64,000 bases of DNA from Hyaloraphidium curvatum SAG 235-1 (GCA_025558095.1 JAIVFI010000010.1:744001-808000), one strand, 5' to 3'. Counted from the first letter of the stretch, positions 41,868-54,814 are shown. The notes: generated from the letters alone by a model not told the origin. Numbers and translations are program-made.

Positions 41868-44642
41868 ATGCCCGCGCAGAACAGCTCGATATACTACGGC
41901 GCATGGGGCAACACGGGCTACCTGGACCCGGCGCGGCCGCCGGGCGGCGCGGACTTCGGCGGGCCGCTGCCGCCGGGCGACGGCGTGCCGACCGCGCTCC
42001 CCCCGCCGGCGCCGCTGCAGCCGGTGCCGTCGGCGTCTCAGCTGTCGGCCGCCGCGGTGTCGGGCGCGGCAGCGTCGGGCGGGCCGGCAGGTGCGGCGCC
42101 CGCGCGGGTCAACTCGCTGCCGCCGGGCGCCGACGCCGAGCTCGCGAAAAAGTCGGCCGCCGACAGGGGCGACGCGCCGCGCGCAAAGACGAAGCTGCTG
42201 TGGGCAGAGGGGCTGCGGGGCGTGGCGGCCGCAATCGTCGTCAACCAGGTGGGCCATTCGGGCCCGCGATGGGGCCCGGGTTGACTCCGCCCCCTCGTTC
42301 CCCGTTCAGCACTTCGTGACGTCGTTCGCCACCGAGATGAACAACGGCTACGGCCCCGGCCCGGCAGAGGACTTTGACGGCGGCCAGGACCACGGCTCGG
42401 TGGTCGCCTGGCTATGCTGGCCCTTCCTCCGCGTCATCTACAACGGCACCTTCACCGTCTACGTCTTTTTCGTGCTCTCGGGCTTCGTGCTCTCGTACCG
42501 CTACCTCTCGCTGGTGCGCGACTCGATCCTGCAGCAATCGCCGCAGGGCCTGGCCCACGCCGAGCGCACGGTCGGCTCGACCATGCTGCGCCGCTTCCCT
42601 CGCCTCTTCATACCCTGCCTCGCCATCGTCCTCATCTCATACATGATCCTGGCCCTGGGCGGCTACGATCGCACCCAGGAGGTCGCCGAGATCGCGGGCG
42701 GCAACCCCGAGGCGTGGTTCTACCGCGTCGCGCCCAACCGCGAGACCTCGTCCGAGTTCCTCCGCCTCTTCAGGCAGACCTGGGTCACCATGTGGATCAA
42801 CAAGGTCAACGACCTGGACTCTTCCATGTGGACCATGGCCTACGAGCTCACGGGCTCGGTCTACGCATTCATGGCCGCCCTCGTGATCGGCCGCGCCGCC
42901 GGCCTGCGCTTCCCGCCGGGGCTCAACTACGGCGGGCCGCACTGGATGATGCTCGCCGCGGCGTTCTGGTGCATGTCGCCCGGGATCTACGCCACGTACG
43001 CCTACTACTCGTGCTTCTTTTTCGGCATCGCCATCGCGTGGCTGGACCTCGACCCCGGGGCGATGCCCTGGCGCGCGTCCATACGGATGAAGTTCCCCCT
43101 GGACGACCAACGGCCGGCGTGGAAGCAGGGCAACACCTACGTCCAGGAAATCTTCCCCACCTGCATGTTCATCCTCTCCCTCTGGCTCGCCTCCTTCCCC
43201 ATGCGCGGCTCCTCGGTCGCCTGGGCCGAGCCCCTCCGCGTGGTCGCGCAGTTCTTCTACAACCCCGAGGACCCGGAGGAGCTCGTCAAGATGTGGTACC
43301 CGCTGGGCGCGGCGCTCATGACGTGGGCCATCGTCGAGAGCAGGTGGCTGAGGGCGTGCTTCGGGAACGCGGTGGGGGTGTTCCTGGGGCAGATCAGCTT
43401 CATGAGCTACCTGATCCACGGGCCGCTGGTGGGTGGCGGGCGGACACGGTCGCGAGCTGGTCTTTGACCATGATCCATGCCTTCTCCCCACAGCTCTGGT
43501 CGGCCGCGGGTATCATCTTCCTCGACTTCTACAACACGTGGAAGCTCAACTACAATCTCGCCGTCTTCATCACCTATATCACCTGTGGGTCCGCGTCGTC
43601 TTTTTGTGCTTCTCCCGCTCACCCATTTCCGCCAGTCTGGTTCTACCTCCTCCCCATCTCCTACATCCTCTACTGGGCCGTCGACTACCCCTCGGGCAAG
43701 TTCACGCAGTGGATGGAGGAGTACATCTCGGGCGGGGACGGCAAGCCCCCCAAACCCGCCAAACCCGCCCCCCCCGCGCCGGGCGGCTACGACTCGGCCT
43801 CGGCGCGCGCGCTGCCTCCGCCGCCAAACGGCTCCTCCCTCCCGCAGCCCTACATCGGCCGGGGCGGGCAGATGATGGAGATGCAGAGCATGGATACGCT
43901 GCAGGATTCGGTTTCCCTGCAGGGGAGTGACGGGCCCACGCCCGTCCCGGGGGGCCGCAAGCCGAGCACCCTCGCGTCGAGGGAGGACCTGGTCGGCGCG
44001 GGGGGGAGGTACGATATGTCGGGGGGGAGGGCGACGGTGTCGACGCAGGCGTCGGGGGCATCGCTACGGCAGCCGTCGTACCCCCTGCAGGCCGCGCCCC
44101 CGGCCGTGCCGTCGTCGATCGCGCCGCCGCTGCAGACGGCCTACGCGGCCGCGGCGCCGGTGACCTTCGTGACCTACCACGACGTGTCGCCCTCGTCGAG
44201 CGACGCGACGGCCAACGCGACGCCCAACCCGCCCGCGGGGCCGGCGCTGTTCGGGTATTCCCCCAACCAGACGGCTTTCGGCGCGGGGCAGCAGACGGCG
44301 CAGGCGTCGCCGTCGGCGCTGCCGGGAGCATCGCTGTACGGGTACAACCCCGCAGCGGCGCAGACATCCCCCGCCGCGACGGCGTACGGGTACGCCGCCC
44401 CTCCGGCGCAGGCATCCCCCGCCGCGACCGCGTACGGGTACACCCCCGCGCAGGCCGCCCAGACCTCGCAGACGCTGCAGGCCTACGACCCCTACGGACG
44501 CACTCCCTCGCCGCAGATGTACGGGTACTCGCCCGCCCTCGGCCCGCAGTTGGGGGCGCCGCCGAGCCCGGGGATGCTGCCGCAGGGGTACCCGAGCACG
44601 GCGACGTGGGTGGTGCCAAAGGGGCCGATCGGGTTCGTCTAG
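41868..44642 (+). CDS. Acyltransferase-3 (OafA-like) membrane O-acyltransferase with long Pro/Ala/Tyr-rich tail, ~3 introns
   Basis: EGLRGVAA...H, FFVLSGFVLS, RRFPRL, MWTMAYELTGS, FLGQISFMSYLIHGP. Confidence 0.85.
44337..44450 (+). repeat. ~48-bp coding tandem repeat (YGY...AQxSPAATA)
   Basis: TACGGGTAC...CATCCCCCGCCGCGAC.GCG repeated within the acyltransferase tail. Confidence 0.7.
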
Positions 44643-44914
44643 GGCCGAAGGCGGGATATGTATGCCCCGTTCTGCGGGGGCGGGGCAGGAAATGGAAGGC
44701 TTTGTCGGATTGAGGGTGGGACGGCGCGGTCCGGGTCCGACACCGGTGGCAGTCCCTGGGGAGGTGGCCATTGAACCTGGCAACATCGGAGTGACTTGAT
44801 AGTCTGCTCGCGTCATACAATGCACTACTAGACAGCTTGCACTCGAAATGCCCTACTTAGATGTACCATCCGCGCAGGAAGGCCATCCGATCCCGGACGC
44901 TGCCGCCGGTTGGC

Positions 44915-45766
44915 TCAGCACACGTCCCTCACGCGAAGCTGGTAGTTCAGGGGCTTGGGATCGCCGGCATAGTTCACACCTCCGGTGATAACCACTGATC
45001 GATCGAAGGCGGCGCTGTAGCCGAGGAACTGGGAACCCGTAGGGCTAGCCGAGGCCAGGACCTCAAAGTCGGAGCCCGAAGCCCCCGAGACGCTGAACCA
45101 GTACGACGTCGAAGGCTGGAGCTGCCTTCCACCGAATGCGATGGAGAACTCTTGGAAGGCCGTGTTCTTGTCGTCCACCTCGACCGGTTGCCACGAGGCG
45201 AGGGACGAAGGGAATTCGGGCGAGTCCATGAAGTCGTCGTGGGCATGGAGCCTGATCGCCACCGTCCCGTTAGGACCGTTGCTGCTCACTCCCCGCAGGT
45301 AGAGCCGCAAGGAAGCGAGGGCGAGCTTGCCGGAGGCGGGCGTTCTGAAGATGTTCGCAACGGCGACCCCGGTCCCGACGCGGAAGACGGTCTCGCTGGC
45401 CCCGCTGACGCTAATCGCCACCTCGTCCGGACCGGGGTCGCAGGCCGCGTCGTACCTGCGTGGCGGTGGTCAGCACCAGCCCCACGGCAACCGCGGCTGA
45501 CCCGGGCCCACCCACCGTCGGTAGAGAGAGGACAGCCTGCCGTTGCCCGCATCGTTGCCGTACACCACACAGGCCACCCGGCCTGCCGGCGCACCGTCGT
45601 AGCCGAACTCGCAGAAGGCGTCGGAGGGGCAGCTCCCGCACGAGGCTGCAAAGGTGACGGTGCCCGCCTCGGCGACGGCGAGCTCCCCGCGGCCAGCGAG
45701 CGGCGCCGCGAGCGCGGCGGGGATTGAGGCGGCGAGGAGGACGGGGAGAAGCTTGGTCGGACGCAT
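44915..45766 (-). CDS. Secreted protein: Cys-rich N-terminal module plus beta-sandwich domain, 1 intron
   Basis: Signal peptide MRPTKLLPVLLAASIPAALA; CGSCPSDAFC; beta-rich VANIFRTP...LQPSTSYWFSV. Confidence 0.65.
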
Positions 45767-46538
45767 GGCGGACGGGGGAGCGGAGCGGGACAACGGTGGG
45801 GGATTCGGGGGATCGAGGGATCGGGGGTGGCCGCAATGGCATGGCACCAGCCACTCGTGCCTGGGCGTCCCTAGAGACACTCCGTCGACGGCACGATAGG
45901 ACTCCGTCCTGCAGGTCGGGGAGTAGGCGTGAAGCTGCTTGCAGTAGTTGGGATGGCAACGCATTGCTGCTCGAGCTAACGCGGCCGATGTCGCGAGAAA
46001 GTCTTCCCCTCGCCTGGCACAGCCAGAACGGCGGCCAGACCGCAAGTGCGTGTCTGCTACGTGCCCCGTAAGCCCTAAGGCGCCCGAATATGTGTATAGC
46101 ACCGAGGGGATGCTGTCCGAGCTGAGCAGCTCGGCGAAACGGGTCGGACATTGCCGAGAAGACCAGCACAGCCACGGCGTCCCGCACTGGACCGCCCTTT
46201 ACGCGACCCGCCGGTCAGCCCGATCCCGAGCATTATTGCGCGTACATTATCGGGACGTGAACAGCAGGTCCAGGGTCGCATACCCAGCGACTGGGCATGG
46301 CCCGCATGGAAGCTACAAAGATGTTGGGCGCCGAAGGAAAGGAAGTCCGCCAACGAAGGTCCCGCGACGCAGCCAGACGCGACACCCGATCGAGGCGACG
46401 GCCGATTTGCCATCCTGGATTCCGTGCGTGACACAGCAGGACCGCTCCCGTCTCTCTACCAGCCCCCCTGCAACGCCCCGGTCCGCTTGCCCGCGAGTAA
46501 GCCCGCTGCCCAGCCTCGCCTTGCCCGCCCCGGCGGGA

Positions 46539-47202
46539 TCACCGCCCCCCCTCCCTCAGCTTCTGCTCCAGCCTGTACCTCTCGAGCGAAAAGTCGGCGT
46601 TGCACTCGGCGTACGCCATCCCCAGGCCGAAGCCCGTCGCGAGGGGGACCGGGAACTGCTTGCCTGGAACGCGGGGTGCTGGTGAGATGCAAAAGAAAAG
46701 AAGGGGGGGGAGGGGACCCACGGCGGAAGAAGAGGATGGCCAGCCCGAGGCCGACGAAGAAGCCGACGCCACCCTTGGTCACGGCGTTGGCTATGCACTT
46801 GTCGTACTATCACAAGAGGGCCCCCCCGCGTTAGTCCACCGTGTCCTGCGGAGGACGAGTGAGGGAAACTCACCCGGCGGGCGAGGACTGGCCCAAGAAG
46901 ACGGTGGCGCGAGGACCGCGTGAAGGCCGCCGTCCGGAGGGGAGGGAGGGAGGAATCCCCGTCAGAAAGGCCGTCAACCCGGTGCCAAGGATCCACAAAG
47001 AAGTGCGAAAGGGTCGTTGGAGGACCTGCCACCCCGCAAGCGGCTCCGCCGCCCGGGAACCCGCGAACAGGCCCGCACGCGCCACGCTCCCTGCCCCGCC
47101 CGTCCGGCATCAAATGTCCCTCCCGTTCCGGCACCCGGGGTTCCAGTGACCAAAGCGCCGGTACCCACGCTCGTCGCTCGTGATTCTTTGCTCGTCCGCC
47201 AT
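46539..47202 (-). CDS. MIC10: MICOS subunit Mic10, 4 exons including a 14-nt microexon
   Basis: Exons 47202-47169, 46887-46874, 46806-46722 and 46663-46539 give ITSDELLARRYDKCIANAVTKGGVGFFVGLGLAILFFRRKQFPVPLATGFGLGMAYAEC. Confidence 0.85.
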
Positions 47203-47611
47203 TCCGGGAGGATTTCGGGGGCGGGAGAAGAGGGGTGTCGGAGGGCGGAAAGCGGAGGAAGGAGGCCGCTCCGAGGGCGCGGCGGGGAGGGAAAGGGTAG
47301 GGAAGGGTCCCGACAAGGGGGAGGAGGGAGGGAAGGGCCGCAGACGGGGGCGATGGGCGGAGGGGTTGGTTGTTGTCGGCGGGCGCCGCGGCGCACCGTC
47401 ATCGCCGCTTGCTGCCCCGAGTCGCGAGGCGCTTCGTATCTCGCGTCTCCTCGAACCGCCAAAAAACCGACGGCGTCGGACAGTCCTGGGGCGCACTTCC
47501 TTTAGCGGGCTCTCGCTCGCTCATCCCGAGACGCTTTCCTTCCTTCGCGGACTGCTCGTCCCCGCGGACCGCCAGCTGGCCCCCGCCCCTTCCCCCTTCA
47601 CCCACCTCCCC

Positions 47612-48490
47612 ATGCCCCCCGCCTCGTTCCGCACCCTCGGCTTGCCCGCACATCTCCTCCTCATTTCCCGGCCCTTCCTCCGCCCCCCGCTGGGCATCGC
47701 CGTCGGCGGGCGCTGCACGTGCGTGCGGCTCGCCTCGGGGGGGCTGTTCGTCTTCTCGCCCACCGAATTGGACGAAGAGACGAAAAAGGCGGTGCAGGAG
47801 TTCGGGGGGAGGGTGGAGTTCTTGGTGGCGCCGGACAGGGAGCACTATTTGTTCGTGGGGGAGTGGATGCGGGCGTTCCCGGGGGCGGTGGCGGTGGGCG
47901 TGGAGGGGGTGGAGAGGAAGACTAAGGGCGTGAGGTGGACTGGGCTCTACGGGGCAGGCGGGGAGGGGAAGAGGTACGGGTTCGAGGGGGAGATCGAGGT
48001 GGGTTGGGACAATGCTGGCGGCCACGAGTCACTTCGGCTCGTGACACTCCAACGTTTCTCGACACACCCACAGTTAGAGTACGTCGACGGCTTCGCCAAC
48101 CGCGACCTGCTCGCCTTCCACCGCCCCTCGCGCACCCTCCTCGTCGCCGACATCTTCTTCAACATGCCCCTCCGGGAGCAGTTCGGGCCCGACCACCGGT
48201 TCCGCCTTCGCGACAGGGTTGCGCACCGATTCATGCGCCCGCAATCGTGGGGACACAAGGTGATCTGGTTCCCAAGTGCTTGCGTGACGAAGTGATGGCG
48301 CTGACCAGGCGATCGCGGGCAGGTCTTCCTGTGGCTCGCCACCCGCCGCGGCGGCAAACCGTCCATGCAACGGGCGGCACGGAGGGTGGTCGATGAGTGG
48401 AAGCCGGAGAGGATCGTGCCGTGCCACGGGGAGGTGGTGGAGGAGGACGCGGTGGGGAGGTGGGGCGAGGCGTTCCGGTGGTTCCTGTAG
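47612..48490 (+). CDS. DUF4336-type MBL-fold protein, 2 introns
   Basis: GGRCTCVRLASGGLFVFSP, LVAPDREHYLF, FHRPSRTLLVADIFFN, RIVPCHGEV. Confidence 0.8.
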
Positions 48491-48770
48491 GAATCCGAAG
48501 GCGGCCTCGGATGAATCAATCCGACTGGCACGTGCCTACACCAATATGTTCCCGTCCTTTTGCTTCGTTTGCTACTGCCTTCAGCCTGAGGCAGCTTTTG
48601 CGGGCGGCCGTTGCGCACGGAGGACCCTCGATTCGCGGACCCTGACCGCCGCAACGAAAGCTCCGACGCCGACCGCGCCGCGCATTTCATTCGGCGGCGC
48701 CCAGACTCGCCACTCTCGTGTTACACAGTCTTCTGCTCTTCCTTCCCGCGCCCGAAAACCGCCCTGCGCC

Positions 48771-51335
48771 ATGTCTCGCGCCGCTCCGGCCGGCGCCGCG
48801 GTCGCGGTGCCCATCTGCCCCAAGGGCGGCCACGCGATGCAGTTCGTGGGGATCACTACGTTCTACGCGTGCGACGGCTGCGGCGCCACGCGGCCGACGG
48901 TCGGCGAGGTGCACGCGCGCTGCTGGACGTGGTGGGTGGCGGCCGCTCCCGTCTCAACAGACCTCGCTAAGCTCGCCCGATGCCTCATGGAACGCCCCTC
49001 TCCGTGAATCATCAAGTAACGTGGACCTCTGCCCGACTTGCATGCCGCCCCCGCCGCTGCCCACCGCCGCCGGGCCGCCCGCGCCCGCGCCCGCGCAAGT
49101 CGCCGCACCTTCCCCGGCAGCCGCCGCCGCACGGCCCGGCCTCGGCGGGATCAGGCCGCCCGCCCAGCCGGCGCCTACTCCGGCGGCACCGGCACAGGCT
49201 GCCGCCACGCCCGGCCCGCCGCCGTACGGCAGGCCCGCGGAGGCGCCCGCCCCGGCGCAGCCTGTGGCTCCTGCCCCCGCTCCCGCCCCGGCCCCCGCTC
49301 AGCAGCCCAGCAAGCCGCATTGGGGCCCTCCCGCGCAGCCGGCCCCCGCGCAGCCCGCCCAGCCCCCCGCCCCCGTTCCCGCACCGGTCCCCGCCAAGCC
49401 CGCCGAGACCGCCGCCGCCTACTCGGCCGTCAGCGCCGCCGACGACCTCAAGACCACCAGCATCCGCGCGCTCCCCGCCACGCAGCTCCCCACGCTGCAC
49501 GCGCACGGCCAGCCCTTCCTCGTCCTCGGCGCGCAGGCCGACATCTGGCGCTCGGTCAAGCAGGACGACGAGGTGCGGTTCTTCTTCTCGCAGTACAAGA
49601 AGATGAACGCCACCGTCGTCACGATCGGCATCCCGTGGGCGCGGTGCGAGGCCGTCGAGGGCAAGTACGATTTCAGCTTCATGGACTGGTACATCGACCG
49701 CGCAAACGAAGCGGGGCTCAAGCTCAACCTCGGGCTGTTCAACACCAACGTGTGCGGCAAGGTCCAGGAGGGCTCCTCGTGGGAGCCCGCCGACTCGGAC
49801 AAGGTCCTGCGGTACACGCCCAAGTGGATGGCCGTGGACCAGAAGGACAAGTACCACCGGATCATGGTCGAGGAGTGGGGGCTGCAGTGCTGCGTCGGGG
49901 GGCCGCCCATGTGCTGGAACAACAAAGCCACGCTGGAGAAGGAGAAGGCGTACGTGACCAAGCTCGTCGAGCACCTCAAGGCCTACGACAAGAACAGGAC
50001 CGTGTGCATGCTGCAGCTCAACAATGGTTGGTCGCGCCGTCTATTTCGATCCCACGAGCAAGCTCCTGACCCCCCTCCCCCCGCCCTCCCTCCTCCAGAA
50101 ATCTACACCCTCCAGTTCTGCGAGGGCGGCGGCGGCCGCAAGCCCAAGGAGCCCCTGGACGTGCACTGCAAGTGCCAGGTCTGCCCCAAGCTCTCGGGCG
50201 AGTACCCGACCGGGCAGCACCTGCAGCACACCACCAACGCCAAGGTGGGCTTCCCGCGGCGCCCGCCGCCGGGGCCGACATCTCACCCCCGTCCGCCCGC
50301 AGTACACCGCCGAGATCGCCAAGGCCGTCCGCGCCGTCCTTCCGGACGTCCCTCTGTACGTCAACTCCCCCTGGTGGCCGACCTTTGCCGCCGAGATCTA
50401 CCTCAAGCACGGCGAGGTCGACCTCGTGGGGTGCGACGGCGTGCTGTCGAGCTACGAGCCCAACGTGCTCGACACGATCCAGGTCGAGGTCGATCTGCCG
50501 GGAGGGGGGAAGAAGCGCAACGTGGCGTTCGCGAGCGAGTGCCCGACCGAGAACGAGAAGACGATCGCGAACCTGGACGTGCTGCCTTACTACCTCCTGT
50601 TCGGACGGTACCTCGGCATCGGCGCCCTCCTCTGGTATGTTCCCGCGCGCACCCCGCCTCCACGCCGCGAACCTGACCGCCACCACCCCTCGCAGGGAAT
50701 CCAACACCATCCGCGTCCTCGACGACCCCCTCTCCGTCACCCGCTTCGGCCGCGCGCTGTACCCCCTCAAGCACGCCATGGTCCCCGTCGCGCGCGCCCG
50801 CGGAACGGAGGACCTGCTGGCGTGGTACCTCGTCCGCGACCCGGCCTCCGTCGCGGCGGCGACGCGGGACGTGTTCGGGAACGTGATCGAGCAGCCCACT
50901 GTTGAGATCCAGGCGGCGGGGGCGAACAAGGCGGAGGACGAGGACAAGATGGTGGTCAGGCTCGGGGGGAAACTGGCGGAGCAGAAGGGGGAGGAGGTGG
51001 ACCTGGTCCTCGCGCCCGGGTTGGAGATGCACGTCGAGGGGTGCCCCGCCGGGTTCGTGGTCTACGGGCCCGCGGCTAACGGCCGGCGCTCGGCGTGGAT
51101 AGGGATCCAGATGGGTAAGCTGACCTTCAAGGGGTGGGCGGCCAAGAAGGCGACGATCGAGGAGGGCGTGTTCGAGCTCTACACGGACAAGTGGGTCCCC
51201 GGCAAGGCGGAGAAGAACGAGACGATCAGCGGGAGCGAGCTGCAGGTGGACGACAAGGCGGGGAGGAGGAAGGAGGACGTATGCGTGGTGGCGTCCGGGG
51301 ACGCCAAGGTGCTCCGCATCGAGTTCGACGCCTAG
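48771..51335 (+). CDS. ZZ-like zinc finger, Pro/Ala linker and clan GH-A (GH35/GH42-like) glycoside hydrolase, 4 introns
   Basis: CPKGGH...CDGC...RCWTC/NVDLCPTC; MNATVVTIGIPWARCEAVEGKYDFS; spliced QLNNE (acid/base position) and FASEC (candidate nucleophile). Confidence 0.7.
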
Positions 51336-51498
51336 ATCGGGCGATGGTGGATCGGCCACATCTGAATATGATAGTCGGCTGCATGTGACCGCATCCGTGC
51401 GTGGGCGAGGGACCCGGTGACACCGCGAATCCTGAGGGATTGCAGCACTTGACTTCACAAGCCCCGACTTTGGTTCTCCCCTTCCGGCGCTCGCCGCG

Positions 51499-53254
51499 AT
51501 GGGTGGCAGCATGGACGCCCCACCGTCGCCTCTGGTTCCGGCTGAATTGCCGGGGAACGGTTCCGGCGCCGCGAACGGCGTGTCCCCGGCTGAAACCCCG
51601 CGGAGCCGCACCCCGCCGGCCAACGGCGTCCACGCGGCCGAGAAGGCCGAATCCGAGCCGCCGCACGGCTCCCCGGACCGCGAGGAGGGCGAAGAAGAGG
51701 ACGACGACGAGGGCGTGTCCATCACGAGCGAATACTACCACCGCGCCGCCGGCACCGGGACGGCGCGGTCGACGACGATGCGGCGGTCCGCGCGGATGAA
51801 CCAGATCGTGCACGGCGGGAAGTACCTCCGCACGGGGCCCAAGGAGCGGCGCGTGGGGTGGGACGAGCTCTTCTTCGACCTGCTCTACGTCTACCTCGTG
51901 CGGCTGGTCGGGGAGTCGAGCATCAACTCGGAGTTCTTTGGCTACCTCGCCGACCCGCAGCAGGTGGCCGTAACTGATGGGCCGCTTCTTTTCGCTCGTC
52001 TAACACCACGCCGACACGTACACCAGGTGCTGCAGTCCATGGGCCGCTTCTTTCTGCTTTTCTATCCAGTCTGGATGTTGGTTCGCGACGCCCGGCCATC
52101 GACCCGCTCTAACGACTCCGCTTTCCAGCTCCTGGTTCCTGACCCAGCTCTATACCAACTTATACCACCAGGAGGGAATCGCGTACCGCATCTCGTTCAT
52201 GATCCACGTGGTCGCCATCGTCGGCCTCGCCTCGGTGATCCCCACGGTGCTTCCCCTCACGCCCAGCGGCGCCCCCGAGGACGATGCTTCGCCCGCCTCC
52301 TCCTCGGGCCGCGCGTTCGTCTTCTTCTTCGCCTTCAACCGCGCGGAGCTCGTCTTCCAGAACCTCGTGCGCGCCTTTGTCTTTCCGCGCTTCGCCAAGA
52401 TCTTCCTCTTCCGCACCGTGGCCCTCGTGCTGCCCCTCGCCCTGTACGTCGCCTGGATCTTTGTCGGCCACGCGACCGCGCTCTGGTGGTCCGCCGTCGC
52501 CCTCGACATCTTCCTCATCTTTGCCGTGGACCCCTTCGTCGCTGCCCGCGCGCACGCCCGACCCGCCACGGACCAATCCCACTGGAGCGAGCGCCTGGGC
52601 CTCTTCACCCTCATCGTGCTGGGCGAGCAGGTCCAAAACGTCGTGTGGGAGCAGCAGGCCGGCACCTTTGCCTACGGCCCCTTTTTCGCCTCGGTGCTCG
52701 GCGTGCTGCCCGTCTGGGTGCTCTGGCGGCTGTACTCTGCCGCGGGGAGGGGCTACCGCCGCCACGCCGTGCGCCGCGGGCCGTGGTTCGAGAGCGCCTG
52801 GTCGTTCCTGCACCTGCCCATGCAGGCGGCCATGGTCGCCGCCGCGGCGGGGCTGCACCTCATGCTGGACTCGACGTTCCCGACGGGGACGACGGCCGAG
52901 GGGCGCAGGCTCGCGGCGCGGCAGTCGTCGGGGTACAACCGCAACGCCGAGGTCTCGTACTTCCTGTCGACCCTCTTCTCGCTGCTCTCGATCGGCCTCA
53001 TCGGCCTGCTACACCTGCAGGACGCCCGACCCAGGGAGCGCTGGCTGCGCGCGGCGAGCCTGATCTTGGGCGGGGGGCTGGTGGCGATCCCGGTGGGGCT
53101 CAAGGGCGGGTTCTGGGCCGTGCTGGGGACCACCAACTTCGTGCTGTGGGTCCTCTATGTGGGGTGGGAGGCGTGGGAGTGGTGGAAAGCGAAGAAGCGA
53201 GGGGCGAGGGGCGAGGTTTTCCAGAGGCAGGAGACGGACAAGGACGCGGATTGA
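51499..53254 (+). CDS. Low temperature requirement A (LtrA) family membrane protein, 2 introns
   Basis: RVGWDELFFDLLYV, HWSERLGLFTLIVLGE, WSFLHLPM. Confidence 0.85.
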
Positions 53255-53354
53255 GTGCTGATTAACGATCGCTTGCGTTGTGATTCGGGGTTCTCTCCGC
53301 CTGGCGCTTCGAGTCCGACAGTTCCGTCGCGATCCGGAGCTTGGACTGACTCCA

Positions 53355-53883
53355 TGCATTGTCCGTTGGTGCGGAGGATCGTGGGCGGCACCATCTCAAC
53401 GGTCGTCACCTTCACACCGGGAGCGACAACGCTGGGTTCCTTTCGAGATACTACGCCAACAACCTGCAGGTCTCTTCGCCTGATTCGCACAAGGTGTTCC
53501 TCCAACCGATCGTGGGTGGCAGTGCCACGCTCTTTGCTGGCAACGCCACTTTGGGGAACGCGGGAAGCGGGGCCCTGGCAACATTGGCAACGATAGCCCA
53601 AGCCGCTGGCCACGCCCGGGATGCAGCCGACTTGACCTACATCGCCTTCCGGAACCGGCAACAGGATCAGCGTCGTAACATCCGCGGGCACGATCAGATC
53701 TTTGCGGGCAACGGCACGAATATCTCGACCGGTGACGGGCAGGAGCCGTCGGCCACGCCGAGCAGCTTCGGTCTCGTGCGCGCTGTCGCCAACAATGAGG
53801 CGAGGAAGCGGCTGTACATTGCCAACGGCCTCAACCGCGTCCGTATGGTTCAGTGGCCGGGAGCGCACGGGGAGGCCCTATGA
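53355..53883 (+). pseudogene. NHL-repeat (teneurin-like) beta-propeller fragment
   Basis: VRRIVGGTISTV, LFAGNATLGNAGSGALATLA, IFAGNGTNISTGDG, LYIANGLNRVRMV. Frameshifted, no start, lower GC. Confidence 0.55.
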
Positions 53884-54128
53884 CCAGCGAGCGGGACGCT
53901 GAGGAAGGGACAGCGAAGTCGTCCGCTTGTAAACGAGTGTGTTACGGTACGAAGAGATGTATGCCGGGAGAGCGGGCGTGGTGGCCGGCCGGATGGGGCC
54001 GGGCTGTCCACGTGCGCAACATGAATCCGAAAACCGCCCGAACCCCCGACAACAGAAGGACGACACCAGCCCGGAATCCGGCGTTTCCTCACGCAGAGCC
54101 CCCTTCACTGATCTGCTGATCTGCCGCG

Positions 54129-54814
54129 ATGGCCGCCGACGTGCCCGCCAAGCCCTCGGCGCACGACTGGGTCCTCCGCCGCGCGTCCGAGCTGGCCAAG
54201 AAACCCGTGCACGAGGACCTCCTCCTGAGCCACCTCCTCGGCCCCGTCTTCTCCCCCGATGCGGCGCACCGCGGGCTCTGGACGGCGTTCCAGCAGCGCC
54301 TCGAGGCGGACCTGCACGTCAAGTTCGACGAGACCACGTTCCAGGACCAGGTGAAGCTCAAGAACCTCATCGCCTACGCCGAGCGCGTCCAGGCCGGAGG
54401 GCCGGCCAAGGAGCGGCACGACGACGACCACGCGAAAAAAGCCGAGAGCCACGTGGAGAAGTTCAAGGCGGAGGTCCCGAAGGAGGGGGAGACGGACGCA
54501 GAGTTCAAGGCGCGGATGGACTCGCACGCCGAGGACGTGAAGAAGACGCTCGAGACGGCGGCCAAGGCCGACCCGGCCAAGGCCAAGTCCATTTCGGCGA
54601 TGTTTGCGGACCTGTCGAAGCACACCAAGGAGAAGCTGCACCAGTGGAACGTGGACGGCGGCAAGTTCATCACGGACCTGCAGAAGAGCACCGAGGAGCT
54701 CGCGCCCTTCCAGCCGAAGGAGGCGTGAGTGCCCTCGATTTACCCGCTCTTGACTTCGGCTGACCCATGGTGGGCCCAAACAGGGCGCAGGAGCTCGGGA
54801 TCAAGGACGCGTAG
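54129..54814 (+). CDS. Uncharacterised helical protein with possible degenerate acyl-carrier-protein-like N-terminal domain, 1 intron
   Basis: Strong coding bias. QRLEADLHVKFDETTFQDQVKLKNLIAYAE recalls ACP helices II-IV, but there is no DSL serine motif. Confidence 0.55.

Noticed and set aside
40495-44450. 21-bp and 48-bp direct repeats as CRISPR-like arrays
   Set aside because: They are in-frame coding repeats with no unique spacers; the context is eukaryotic and no cas genes are present.
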